Assembly: GCA_043821645.1 (NCBI GenBank) | Contig: JBDRCO010000012.1 | Location: 1 to 17,468, forward strand | Reading direction: 5' to 3' | Origin: Pseudomonadota bacterium | GTDB lineage: Bacteria; Myxococcota; JACRCW01; JAFGSX01 | DNA: 17,468 nt | Part shown: positions 8,709 through 16,685 of the stretch, piece after piece | Position numbering within the stretch: position 1 is the first letter of the stretch | Layout of the letters: each line of letters starts with the position of its first letter | Program-made: the position numbers and the translations under genes | Notes under the pieces: model-generated | Databases searched by the model: none | The model's input: the letters and a program-made list of their open reading frames with translations, nothing else | Told to the model about the DNA's origin: nothing

Positions 8709-9788
8709 CTAGTTCTGAATGACGCTGATCCCGTAGGATCCGGAGTGCTCGGTCGGACCAGCGCTCACGAAGCTATCGACGGCGATCCAGTATTCACCAG
8801 GCGCAAGCGTGTCCGTGATGCTGGTGTCCGCCCGTGTGGTGCACGATGTTGCGTCGTAGGACGTCAGCAGGTGGATATCGACATCGACCGGAGGCGTGCA
8901 GTTGGCCGTGATGGTCAGCGTCGTCGTGCTGAGCAGCCTCAGAAGGTACAGATCTTCGGGCCCGGACTCGTCTGTGGAGGGTGCACAAGCGTAAACGTCG
9001 AAGAGGTCCGTGCTCGATGTGGACGTGTCGCCGTTGCGGGAGTAGGGCAGGGTATCGATCAGGAACGGGCAGCTCGGCGTTCCCAAATCCCAGCAGGGGG
9101 TCGTATCCTCAGAGGCAGCATCGCTGGGGACGGCGGTGTCAAAGGTGGTGGCAGCATCGCTGGGGACGGCGGTGTCAAAGGTGATGGCAGCATCGCTGGG
9201 GGTGGCCACGTCCTGGCTCGCCACGTGCTGGTCCTGTGGACCACCGTCACCCACCACCGGATCGCACGCGTCACCCAGGCCATCGCCGTCGCTGTCGACC
9301 TGCCCGGAGTTGGCCACGTCGGGACAGTTGTCCGTCGCGTTCAGCTCGTCATCCCCGTCGCGATCGTCGTCGCAGGCGTCGCCAATCGAGTCGAGGTCCA
9401 GGTCGTGCTGATCCACGTTCTGGATCATCGGGCAGTTATCGGTGGTGTCCGCGATGCCATCGTTGTCGGTGTCCACGAACTGGTCGAGGCCCATCGCCGA
9501 ATCCAGACCGATATCCGGGATGCTCCCGTCGACGGCAGGGGTGCTGTCCCTGGCGTTGGCGTCGGTGGTCTGCGCGCCATCGCCCGCGCTGCCATCGCCG
9601 CCACCGTCGCGGTGCGGTGAGCACGACTCCCCCTCGGGGATGCACAGTCCGGCGCAGCAGGAATTGCCAGCAGGACAATCCTGCTCGACCGTGCAGCGAA
9701 AGGCTACGCTGTCGACGTCGATGTTGCGACAGGCGGCGAAGCCCAGCAGCGCGAAGAACAGGACAGGGATGGCAGGTATCTGCCTCAT
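8709..9788 (-). CDS. Lipoprotein with Cys-rich N-terminus, thrombospondin type-3 repeats and C-terminal PPC-like domain (359 aa)
   Basis: ATG 9788 overlaps the upstream TGA (TGATG). It has a lipobox-like [12 protein letters not shown]3 repeats [15 protein letters not shown]...DSIGDACD and [12 protein letters not shown], and the PPC-like DESGPEDLY...[13 protein letters not shown]. Confidence 0.9.
   Translation of the reverse strand: MRQIPAIPVLFFALLGFAACRNIDVDSVAFRCTVEQDCPAGNSCCAGLCIPEGESCSPHRDGGGDGSAGDGAQTTDANARDSTPAVDGSIPDIGLDSAMGLDQFVDTDNDGIADTTDNCPMIQNVDQHDLDLDSIGDACDDDRDGDDELNATDNCPDVANSGQVDSDGDGLGDACDPVVGDGGPQDQHVASQDVATPSDAAITFDTAVPSDAATTFDTAVPSDAASEDTTPCWDLGTPSCPFLIDTLPYSRNGDTSTSSTDLFDVYACAPSTDESGPEDLYLLRLLSTTTLTITANCTPPVDVDIHLLTSYDATSCTTRADTSITDTLAPGEYWIAVDSFVSAGPTEHSGSYGISVIQN
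9114..9203. repeat. 36-bp coding tandem repeat (12-aa linker, about 2.5 copies)
   Basis: ggcagcatcgctgggg occurs at 9114, 9150 and 9186. The unit encodes PSDAA(I/T)TFDTAV. Confidence 0.9.
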
Positions 9789-10603
9789 CACATTTCTCCC
9801 CCACTGCCTTCGATGAAGTACAGCCCCACGGTCCCTGCCGCTGCTGCAACGCCGACCCCGAGGATTGCCATTCCCCCGTACCAGCCGACCTGGCCCTGCG
9901 TGTAGTAGTCGTTGAACTCGGCATAGTCGACGGCGGCGCTGCCGCTGGCCATGTCCTCGGCGGTGCTGAGCTGGTGATCCCCGAACCACATCGAGCCAGC
10001 GCCTGCTGCCAGGGCCAGCACGGACACGCCTGCCGCCACGAAGGTCCACAGCCGTCCAGAGCCCTTTGCTGCCACGCGCGCCACGTCGGGCAGAAGGCGC
10101 GGCAACATCTGGTCCACGGCTTTCAGGCACGCCTCGTCCAGGGATGAGTCCTTGAGCGCGATCTTCTCGGCCTCGCGCCGCACCACCGTGGCCTTGCGTA
10201 CGTCGATGACGACCAGGTTGACCAGGACGTCGGTGCCCATCACCGCCAGGGTCCCGCTGACCATCAAGTCCACGCCCAGCGCTCCGCCCAGCTCGGCCAG
10301 ACACGAGGCCTCCTCGTCGCAGCCCACCTCCATCTTGAGTTGCTCGTGCTGGAGCATGCTCTTGACGTCGTCGCGGGTGATGACCGAGTAGCGCTCGGTG
10401 GCATTGATCTTGGTGGCCAGGTACTGGGCCACGACCTGGGTCAGGTCCTCGTCGACGCCCTTGACGCCGCGAAGGTTCATGATCGCGAGCTTGGTCTTGG
10501 CGGGGGGCTCGGCGGCGCGGGTAGCGACGGGCAGCAGGCCAAAGCCCATGAGCAAGAGCAGGATGGCAAGACGGCGCAGGCGCGCGGCAGGCAGGGTGTC
10601 CAT
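9788..10603 (-). CDS. Exported protein with CsgG/TolB-N-like alpha/beta domain and C-terminal hydrophobic helices (271 aa)
   Basis: GAGGGAG RBS and signal peptide. KLAIMNL...[26 protein letters not shown] is typical of myxobacterial TolB-N/PEGA-associated proteins, and there are two Gly/Ala-rich hydrophobic segments at the C-terminus. Confidence 0.85.
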   Translation of the reverse strand: MDTLPAARLRRLAILLLLMGFGLLPVATRAAEPPAKTKLAIMNLRGVKGVDEDLTQVVAQYLATKINATERYSVITRDDVKSMLQHEQLKMEVGCDEEASCLAELGGALGVDLMVSGTLAVMGTDVLVNLVVIDVRKATVVRREAEKIALKDSSLDEACLKAVDQMLPRLLPDVARVAAKGSGRLWTFVAAGVSVLALAAGAGSMWFGDHQLSTAEDMASGSAAVDYAEFNDYYTQGQVGWYGGMAILGVGVAAAAGTVGLYFIEGSGGEM

Positions 10604-10771
10604 CGCTCCCTCACGCTTTGGTGGCGGTGCCCCGGTCGATGGTCAGCGGGCGAGGATGGTACACCCAGGGTGCCGGCGGCGGCAATCGGAGCGCTGGGCG
10701 TGAGTCGGTGCGCGGGCTCCGCCCTCCAAGGCCGCACGCCGAAAGTGTGCCCAGTGACGTCGAAGAACGAG

Positions 10772-10797
10772 AGTCGGCTCTGTCCCCTTCGATTTTC
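10772..10797 (-). repeat. GGGGACAGAGCC-family motif
   Basis: ggctctgtcccct at 10776-10788 is the reverse complement of aggggacagagcc at 8494, and the same word occurs at 16065. Confidence 0.7.
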
Positions 10798-10887
10798 GGG
10801 GGCTTCCCTGACCCTGGATTTCACCCCAAAGAGCCCCTCGCCGGGGTTGTGTATGGCCACATCCGCACTCGCTTGCAGGGAGGCACC

Positions 10888-11763
10888 GTGGCCGTCACCT
10901 TCAGCAACCTGTCCTCGCTCCACGACCTGCTGCGCCAGCGCGGTGTTCCCAAGGACGAGGTCGGCACCGCCGCAAACCAGATCGCACAGCACATGGGGCT
11001 GGGCAGTGCCGAGGACATCAAGAGCGGCACGCTGCTCCAGTTCCCGGACCAGCTGGTGCTACGCACGAGCACGCTGCCGCTCAAGAAGCTGATGGGCGAT
11101 GTGGCGAGCGAGGCCAAGGCCGGCCAGGGTCCGTCCGGCGGTCGGCCCATGGGGACCATGGGTCGGTTCGCCTTTGCGGAGACACCCAAGAAGGTCACCG
11201 CCAACGACGTCATTCATCAGCCGGAACTGGGGCGCACCTTTGGCCTGTATCTGGAGCACCTCGCGCGCTTCGCGAGCGAGGAGATCGTGGGCTACGCGCG
11301 CGGCATGCTCGACCTGCTCGAGACCGACCTGCCGGCCAAGGAGGCCCGCCAGCTCTGCGTCAACGTCAACTTCGCGCTCAACGCGATGTCCGAACGCGCG
11401 CCAGGGATGCAGAGCCACAAGCTGCTGCAGGCCAGCCAGCGGACCTTCGAGATCGGCCAGGACGCCACGGGTCCACAGAAGCTGTCGGCGGGCGCGCGCG
11501 ATGAGATCCGCTCCGTCATCGACGCCTTCGCACAGACCAACAAGATCAGCCAGGCGGACTCGAAGCTGCCGGCCGAGGCCTTCGAGGCCAGCCGCGAAGT
11601 CAACCGATTCCGACCCATGGTGGAGGGCCACACGCAAGAGCTCAGCCGCGCGTGGATGCCGCAGTACGAGACGCAGGACTTCCGCCAGAAGCTTCCGAAC
11701 AACCTGCCGAGCATGAAGGAAGCGCTGGAGAAGCTGGCGCTGCCCGACGCCAAGCTCGCGTAG
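10888..11763 (+). CDS. Hypothetical 291-aa protein; possible LysM-like N-terminus and RGS-like helical domain
   Basis: GTG start after an AGGGAGG RBS, with strongly GC3-biased codons. The domain resemblance is by eye only. Confidence 0.8.
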   Translation: MAVTFSNLSSLHDLLRQRGVPKDEVGTAANQIAQHMGLGSAEDIKSGTLLQFPDQLVLRTSTLPLKKLMGDVASEAKAGQGPSGGRPMGTMGRFAFAETPKKVTANDVIHQPELGRTFGLYLEHLARFASEEIVGYARGMLDLLETDLPAKEARQLCVNVNFALNAMSERAPGMQSHKLLQASQRTFEIGQDATGPQKLSAGARDEIRSVIDAFAQTNKISQADSKLPAEAFEASREVNRFRPMVEGHTQELSRAWMPQYETQDFRQKLPNNLPSMKEALEKLALPDAKLA

Positions 11764-11778
11764 CCCTCAGGCTCGCCC

Positions 11779-11919
11779 AGAAGGTGAGGGGGACAGACCT
11801 TTCTGTGGTTCCAGGTTCCAGGTTCCAGGTTGGGTGGCACAGGCACCTCCCGCGCACCCTCTTCAACCGGGAACCCGGAGACGGGAACCGGGAACCAATC
11901 AACTGCCCGGCACCTTCCC
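11779..11919 (-). repeat. Composite intergenic element copy C (inverted, internally deleted core inside heptamer arms)
   Basis: Contains aggtgagggggacagacct, (ggttcca)x3 from 11807, the core gttgggtggcacaggcacctcccgcgcaccctcttcaac at 11829-11867, cgggaac-type heptamers to 11896, then aatcaactgcccggcaccttccc. Confidence 0.9.
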
Positions 11920-11991
11920 TGGGGTCCGACCTGTAGAGCGCCTGCCTCCCTATCCATCTCTGAACTCTGGCGAGGGCCCACCTCGGGCCCC

Positions 11992-12768
11992 CCCCTCGAC
12001 CTGGTCAGCGGCTACGTCGGCGTCTACGACGACAGCTACACCATCCAGGCCTACTGGGTGTCGGACATCGCCAACGTGGACACCTCGGGCTGCGCGGCCC
12101 CGGCGGTACTTCGGTTCAACGAGGTCAACGCCAACATCAGCGGCGGCTGCGACCTGATCGAGCTGCGCGTGATCCAGGGCGGCCAGCTCGACGGCTACCA
12201 CCTCATGGAGCGTACCGACCCTCTCGTCGTGTTGCCGCCCATCACGGTCAACACGAACGACTACATCGTCCTGCACCTCAACGGAAACTCGACCAACTGC
12301 AGCCCGGGCGGCGCCGTCGCCGAGTACATCTCGCCCAGCGGCCTCCCGCGCGCGACCTACGGCACCACCTACGACACGGCCTGGGACTTCTATCTGGCGG
12401 ACCAGAACCTGACATTCACGGACAACGTGCTGACGATGTTCGGCAACGACAGCGCCATCGTCGACGCTGTGCTGCTCAGCGATGCCTTGACGGGCAGCGC
12501 TGCGGCCGATTCCGAGACCCAGGCCGAGCTGGTTCGCGCCGCGGGCCAGTGGCTCAAGGCCGACGGCACTGCGGCGACGTCCGGCTTCTTCGTCGACGAC
12601 AACTTCAGCGCCAACGCGGTGCAGGGTCTGGGCAGCACCGGGACCAGCGCCTCCGGTGACAGCATCCAGCGCATTGACGACGACGACACCAACAAGATGG
12701 GGGACTGGACCTCGGCCAACGAGGCCCCGACCTGGGGCGCCAACAACGCCGGCCAGAGCAACCTCTAG
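11992..12768 (+). pseudogene. 5'-truncated lamin-tail-domain surface protein fragment
   Basis: LTD-like LRFNEVNANISGGCDLIELRV...SIQRIDDDDTNKMGDW...PTWGANN with good codon bias. There is no credible start, RBS or signal peptide, and the ORF-track N-terminus is translated repeat. Confidence 0.75.
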
Positions 12769-12959
12769 TCCGATTTCCCCTGACAGCTCGATTCCTCCGA
12801 GGGGGCTGTTGCGAGCCCTCTTCGCCCTTTTCTCTTTGACGGGTGACGTGGGGCATGTCCCGATAGCGCGCGTTTAATGGAGCTGTCGTCGTGAAAAAGA
12901 CGATGAGAGTTCAAGGGGTTCAACCTCACGCGCGACCACGGCTGCCTGGCGCCGCGCTC

Positions 12960-13151
12960 GACGATGCGGCCGTGTCGCGCGCGGAGTTCGAGGCCAATCT
13001 GGCAGCAAAGCTCGCGAGCGCCGTGTTTCTCGAGGACTTCCGTCTGCTGGTTGTGGCCGAGGCCGAGGTCGACCCCGCGAAGGCCGCGCAGGTGGTAAAA
13101 AACGAGCTGATCGCGAAGCTGTCGGGCGAGCCGTGGAAAGGAGAGCAAGAG
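12960..13151 (+). pseudogene. Probable C-terminal remnant of an AbiEii/AbiGii-type nucleotidyltransferase toxin
   Basis: VSRAEFEANLAAKLASAVFLEDFRLL...DPAKAAQVVKNELIAKLSGEPWKG resembles C-termini I recall from that family. The N-terminal catalytic region is absent. Confidence 0.55.
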
Positions 13152-13153
13152 TC

Positions 13154-13945
13154 ATGCAGGTCGTCGATGTCCCAGATGACAAGAAGGATCTCTTGTGCCT
13201 GTGCCTGGAGGACTGGTCGGACGACGCCAAGGAGGCGGGACCCAAGCGCCGTGAGTGGTTGGACCGATGCCAGGCCCAGCACGGGCTTCGGGCGAAGCTC
13301 GCACTCGACGACGACGGTATCGAAGGCGGGATGATCCAGTACGGGCCGATCGAGCACTCCCACGTCGACGGCTCGGAACTCTATTTCATCTACTGCATCC
13401 ACGTGCACGGTTACAAGCAGGGCCGAGGAAACTTCCAGAAGCACGGGATGGGGAAGGCGCTGCTGGCTGCTGCCGAAAAGGACGCTCGCCTGCTCGGGGC
13501 CAAGGGCATGGCTGCCTGGGGCGTCTGCTTGCCCTTCTGGATGAAGGCCTCCTGGTTCAAAAAGCACGGGTACCGCAAGGCAGATCGTCAGGGCTTGGCG
13601 GTCCTGCTGTGGAAGTCTTTCGACGACGATGCGCGGCCACCGCGCTGGTTGCTGAAGACCGGCAAGCAACCCGAAGCGGTTCCCGGCACGGTGAACGTCA
13701 TGGCCTTCAGCCGCGGCTGGTGTCTCGCGCAGAACCTCGTCTACGAGCGCGCCAAGCGCGCTGCGGCCGAGTTCGGCGAGAAGGTAACCTTCCGTGAGAT
13801 CGACACCTCGACGCGCGGCGCGGTCGCCGAGTGGGGCGTTGCCGACGCAGTCTTTGTCGATGGCAAGAACCTCCAGAAGGGGCCGCCGCCAAGCTACGAG
13901 GCGATCCGCAAGACGATCGCCAAACGCGTCGCCCGCCTGAAGTAG
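13154..13945 (+). CDS. GNAT-family N-acetyltransferase with C-terminal thioredoxin-like (YoaP-like) domain (263 aa)
   Basis: ATG 13154 follows AAAGGAG. It has the acetyl-CoA motif FQKHGMGKALLAAAE, WFKKHGY, and the C-terminal FSRGWC...FREIDT...VFVDGK. Confidence 0.9.
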   Translation: MQVVDVPDDKKDLLCLCLEDWSDDAKEAGPKRREWLDRCQAQHGLRAKLALDDDGIEGGMIQYGPIEHSHVDGSELYFIYCIHVHGYKQGRGNFQKHGMGKALLAAAEKDARLLGAKGMAAWGVCLPFWMKASWFKKHGYRKADRQGLAVLLWKSFDDDARPPRWLLKTGKQPEAVPGTVNVMAFSRGWCLAQNLVYERAKRAAAEFGEKVTFREIDTSTRGAVAEWGVADAVFVDGKNLQKGPPPSYEAIRKTIAKRVARLK

Positions 13946-13989
13946 CATCCCGCGCCCGGGACAACGCCTGGCGAAGCTCACGGCAGGCG

Positions 13990-14230
13990 CTCGCGGCACG
14001 ATGTCCGAGGGACGCAGGATCTCCTGCCCGCGCACCGACAGCACGAAGCGCCCGGAGCCCGCGGCTTGCCGGGAGCGTTTCGAGATGGTGCGCCCGAGGT
14101 CGACGGGGTGCCCCTTCATCCTCACGGTCTTGCCTGGGGTAGTCCGGAACCTCCACCTCGTTCATGCGGCATCCCCGCGCGTCGAGGTCTCGACGTCGGC
14201 CGGCTCGTCGAGCAGCAGGAGGTGCTCCTG
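13990..14230 (-). pseudogene. Unidentified gene-junction remnant (end of one gene ATGA-coupled to the frameshifted start of another)
   Basis: EHLLLLDEPADVETSTRGDAA-stop overlaps an ATG at 14165 (ATGA). MNEVEV is followed by a shifted GC3-rich frame GKTVRMKGHPVDLGRTISKR...FVLSVRGQEIL. Confidence 0.35.
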
Positions 14231-15730
14231 AACACGTACCTGGCACCTTTCGCTGGGGTTCTGACCATCGACCGCCGAACAGGTGGTTCGACGTCGACGC
14301 GCGCAGACCAGTCCAGCCAGGACCAGGACCAGCACCGGGGCTGCGGCGGAACCCTGGGCGTGGCAGCCGCAGCTGCCATCGTCGGTCGAGTCGTCGCCAG
14401 ACAGGGTGCCCGCATCGCCCGCCGTGCCACTGTCCGCAACCGCGGTGCCCGCGTCGGGAGGCGCCGTTGTCGCATCCGAGCCGCTCGCTGCATCGGCTTC
14501 ACTCGCCGCGTCCGTCGTGACGCCGCTCGCGTCGACGCTCACCGCGCTGTCGGCGGTGGTGCCCGCGTCCGAGGGGGGCACGCAGGCTCCGTCCTGACAG
14601 GTGCCCTGCGCGCAGGGCGTGCCGTTGGGCCGGGCCGGCAGCACGCAGTCCGCGAGCTCGGGTGGGCAGGAGCCGACCTCGCGGCATCCGTGCTGCGCGC
14701 GGGTGGCGACGGTGACGGCGAGCGGTTCGCCCGCCAGCGGGCTCCAGGTGACCGTGACCTGATCGGCATCGCCCGCCGCTGCGCTTGCCGGGACAGCGAC
14801 CGTGACCGTGACCGTGGCGACGGCGCCTGGGTCCAGGTTCAGCGTCGGGGCGCTGTGGCTGACGGTCCAGCTGCTGCCGCTGTCGCTCACCGAGAGGAAA
14901 CGCGCGCTGCTCTCCAGGTTGACGAGGGCGAAGGTCTGAACGAGCGATGCGCCGGGGACCTGCCAGCCGCTGCGGTGCCCGGGCGCCACATGGAGGCCGG
15001 CGCCGGGCGGTGTGAACACGAGCGCGCTCTCGTCCGGGACGGCGCCCGACGTCAGGCAGCCCGTGTACGCCAGGCCACTGAGGTGGTCCTGCGCGGCCAC
15101 GCCGATGCGGGCTGCCTCTCCCTGGCCAGTCCCCGCGTCGGCGACCTGCACCCGGATGGTGTTGCTCGTCTCGTACAGCACCACCTGCACGGTCACCGGG
15201 TCCACGGCCTCGCTGCCGGCAGCCAGGCGCGCTGGCACGGCCGAGAAGGTGAGCCCGAACCAGCGGTAGGGCGCGACGCCGCCCGCGGCGTGGGCGATCC
15301 AGCAGGTGGAGGGGTTGCCGCTGCAGGCGGCCGCCGTGGGGTCGAAGTCGATCTGATAAAAGCCCACCGCCGCGTCGACGCCGGTCGCGGTCGGGGCAGG
15401 GCAGGACGCGCCGGGAGCCCATGCGGCCTCGGCCTCGTCGACGGAGGCGAAGCTCAGGCTGCCGTTGCTGAGGACCTGCACCTGATCGTAGGTCTGGCCG
15501 TAGAACCCGAACGCGAAGCCCAGCGCAATCGGCGCCGAGGCCTCGTTGTCGCCGAGCGTCAGCCGGGTGCCAGCGGAGAGATCGAACCACTCGTAGGTGA
15601 CCGCCTCCTCGCCTTGATCTTCGAGCATGTAACCGAAACCGTCCGGCCCGATGCTCAGGGCGCTGGCCACTGTCGTCCGTGTCAGGGCGAGGCCGAGTGC
15701 CAGAACTCCTGCGTATCTGTGTGAAGTCAT
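14162..15730 (-). CDS. Secreted nidogen-like/Ig-like surface protein with MYXO-CTERM-like anchor and read-through tail (522 aa)
   Basis: ATG 15730 follows GGAGAG and a signal peptide. It has PIALGFAFGFYGQTYDQVQVLSNGSLSF (NIDO-like), LDPGAVATVTVTVAVPASAAAG (NEW3/Ig-like), NGTPCAQGTCQDGAC, a DAG linker, and CGC...PVLVLVLAGLVCARRRR. Confidence 0.88.
   Translation of the reverse strand: MTSHRYAGVLALGLALTRTTVASALSIGPDGFGYMLEDQGEEAVTYEWFDLSAGTRLTLGDNEASAPIALGFAFGFYGQTYDQVQVLSNGSLSFASVDEAEAAWAPGASCPAPTATGVDAAVGFYQIDFDPTAAACSGNPSTCWIAHAAGGVAPYRWFGLTFSAVPARLAAGSEAVDPVTVQVVLYETSNTIRVQVADAGTGQGEAARIGVAAQDHLSGLAYTGCLTSGAVPDESALVFTPPGAGLHVAPGHRSGWQVPGASLVQTFALVNLESSARFLSVSDSGSSWTVSHSAPTLNLDPGAVATVTVTVAVPASAAAGDADQVTVTWSPLAGEPLAVTVATRAQHGCREVGSCPPELADCVLPARPNGTPCAQGTCQDGACVPPSDAGTTADSAVSVDASGVTTDAASEADAASGSDATTAPPDAGTAVADSGTAGDAGTLSGDDSTDDGSCGCHAQGSAAAPVLVLVLAGLVCARRRRTTCSAVDGQNPSERCQVRVQEHLLLLDEPADVETSTRGDAA
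14231..14251 (+). repeat. GGTGYCTGGCACC-family motif
   Basis: aacacgtacctggcacctttc, compared with the reverse complement of the 8679 copy, aaacaggtgcctgacacctttc. Confidence 0.7.
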
Positions 15731-15818
15731 CGACGCTCTCCATGCCCCCGCAGGTGACGTCGAAGCTAGCACATCCCCGGCGTACTCGACGCACACGCAT
15801 GGTCAGAATCGTCTCGCC

Positions 15819-15850
15819 AAAGAAGGTGCGCGGCACCTATTTTTTTTGGG
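15819..15850 (-). repeat. GGTGYCTGGCACC-family motif
   Basis: aaagaaggtgcgcggcacctatttttttt: GGTGC-GCG-GCACC palindrome with A/T-rich flanks. Confidence 0.7.
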
Positions 15851-16063
15851 CTCCGACCACGGTGATTCGCATTTCGAACTCCGGCGCACGGTCGCCGCCA
15901 CCAAGGGTGTCTGCGGTGTGCGCAGGCGGCATACCCATCGCCTGCAGCGAGCTGCCGCCCTCGCCAGGCGCAGGTCTGGTGCCCGGACAGCGAGCTGCCC
16001 CGCACCACACCCCAGGGAAGCGGCCAACCAAATCTCTCTTAAATAAGACCAATGAGTTACAGC

Positions 16064-16246
16064 AGGCTCTGTCCCCCTGTCTTTCTTTGAGTTCCAGGTT
16101 CCCGGTTCCCGGTTCCAGGTTCCCGGTTGAAGAGGGTGCGCGGGAGGTGACGCTGCGGTCTACCGGCCGCTGCTGCCTGTGCCACCCAACCGGGAACTGG
16201 GAGACGGGAACCGGCAACCCGCAGACGGCAACCGGCAACCCGCAAT
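16064..16246 (+). repeat. Composite intergenic element copy D (full core inside inverted heptamer arrays)
   Basis: Contains aggctctgtccccct, five ggttcc(c/a)-type heptamers at 16090-16124, the core gttgaagagggtgcgcgggaggtg...tgcctgtgccacccaac at 16126-16190, then about 8 cgggaac/cggcaac heptamers. Confidence 0.9.
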
Positions 16247-16265
16247 CCCCCCCCGACCCCGGCCA

Positions 16266-16280
16266 TGCTAGCATGCCCCC
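16266..16280 (+). promoter_or_regulatory. Extended -10 promoter for a leaderless HIT transcript
   Basis: TGcTAGCAT ends 6 nt before ATG 16281, and no Shine-Dalgarno is present. Confidence 0.5.
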
Positions 16281-16685
16281 ATGCCCTGCTTCTTTTGCAC
16301 CGTTCCTGCGGACCAGATCGTCGCCGCCAACGGCCTGTGTCTGGCCTTTCGCGACGGCTATCCCGTGAGCGAGGGGCACACGCTGGTGGTGCCCCGGCGC
16401 CACGTCGTCGACTGGTTTCACACCACCAGCGAGGAGCAGCGCGCGCTGTTCGAGCTGGTGGACAGGGTGGTGCGCCAGCTCGAGGTGGAGTACAGGCCGG
16501 ACGGCTTCAACGTGGGCTTCAACCTGGGCGAGGCCGCGGGTCAGAGCGTGCCGCACCTGCACGTGCACGTGATCCCGCGGCGCGCCGGTGACGTCGACGA
16601 TCCCACGGGCGGGGTGCGGCTGGTGATCCCGGATCGCGGCAACTACAAGCGGCCGGGTTTCGTGCCGAGGTCGAACAAGAGCTAG
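16281..16685 (+). CDS. HIT (histidine triad) family nucleotide hydrolase (134 aa)
   Basis: N-terminal CFFC, GHTLVVPRRH, DGFNVGFNLGEAAGQSVPHLHVHVIPR (HxHxH), and GDVDDPTGGVR. Confidence 0.97.
   Translation: MPCFFCTVPADQIVAANGLCLAFRDGYPVSEGHTLVVPRRHVVDWFHTTSEEQRALFELVDRVVRQLEVEYRPDGFNVGFNLGEAAGQSVPHLHVHVIPRRAGDVDDPTGGVRLVIPDRGNYKRPGFVPRSNKS

Noticed and set aside
15851-16025. Possible small gene or RNA with a cagcgagctgcc direct repeat
   Set aside because: No convincing start, codon bias or recognisable structure, so no call can be supported.
11829-16190. Core elements as integron attC sites
   Set aside because: The GTT box precedes the AAC box (opposite to attC order), copies occur in both orientations, gene orientations are mixed and there is no integrase in the window.
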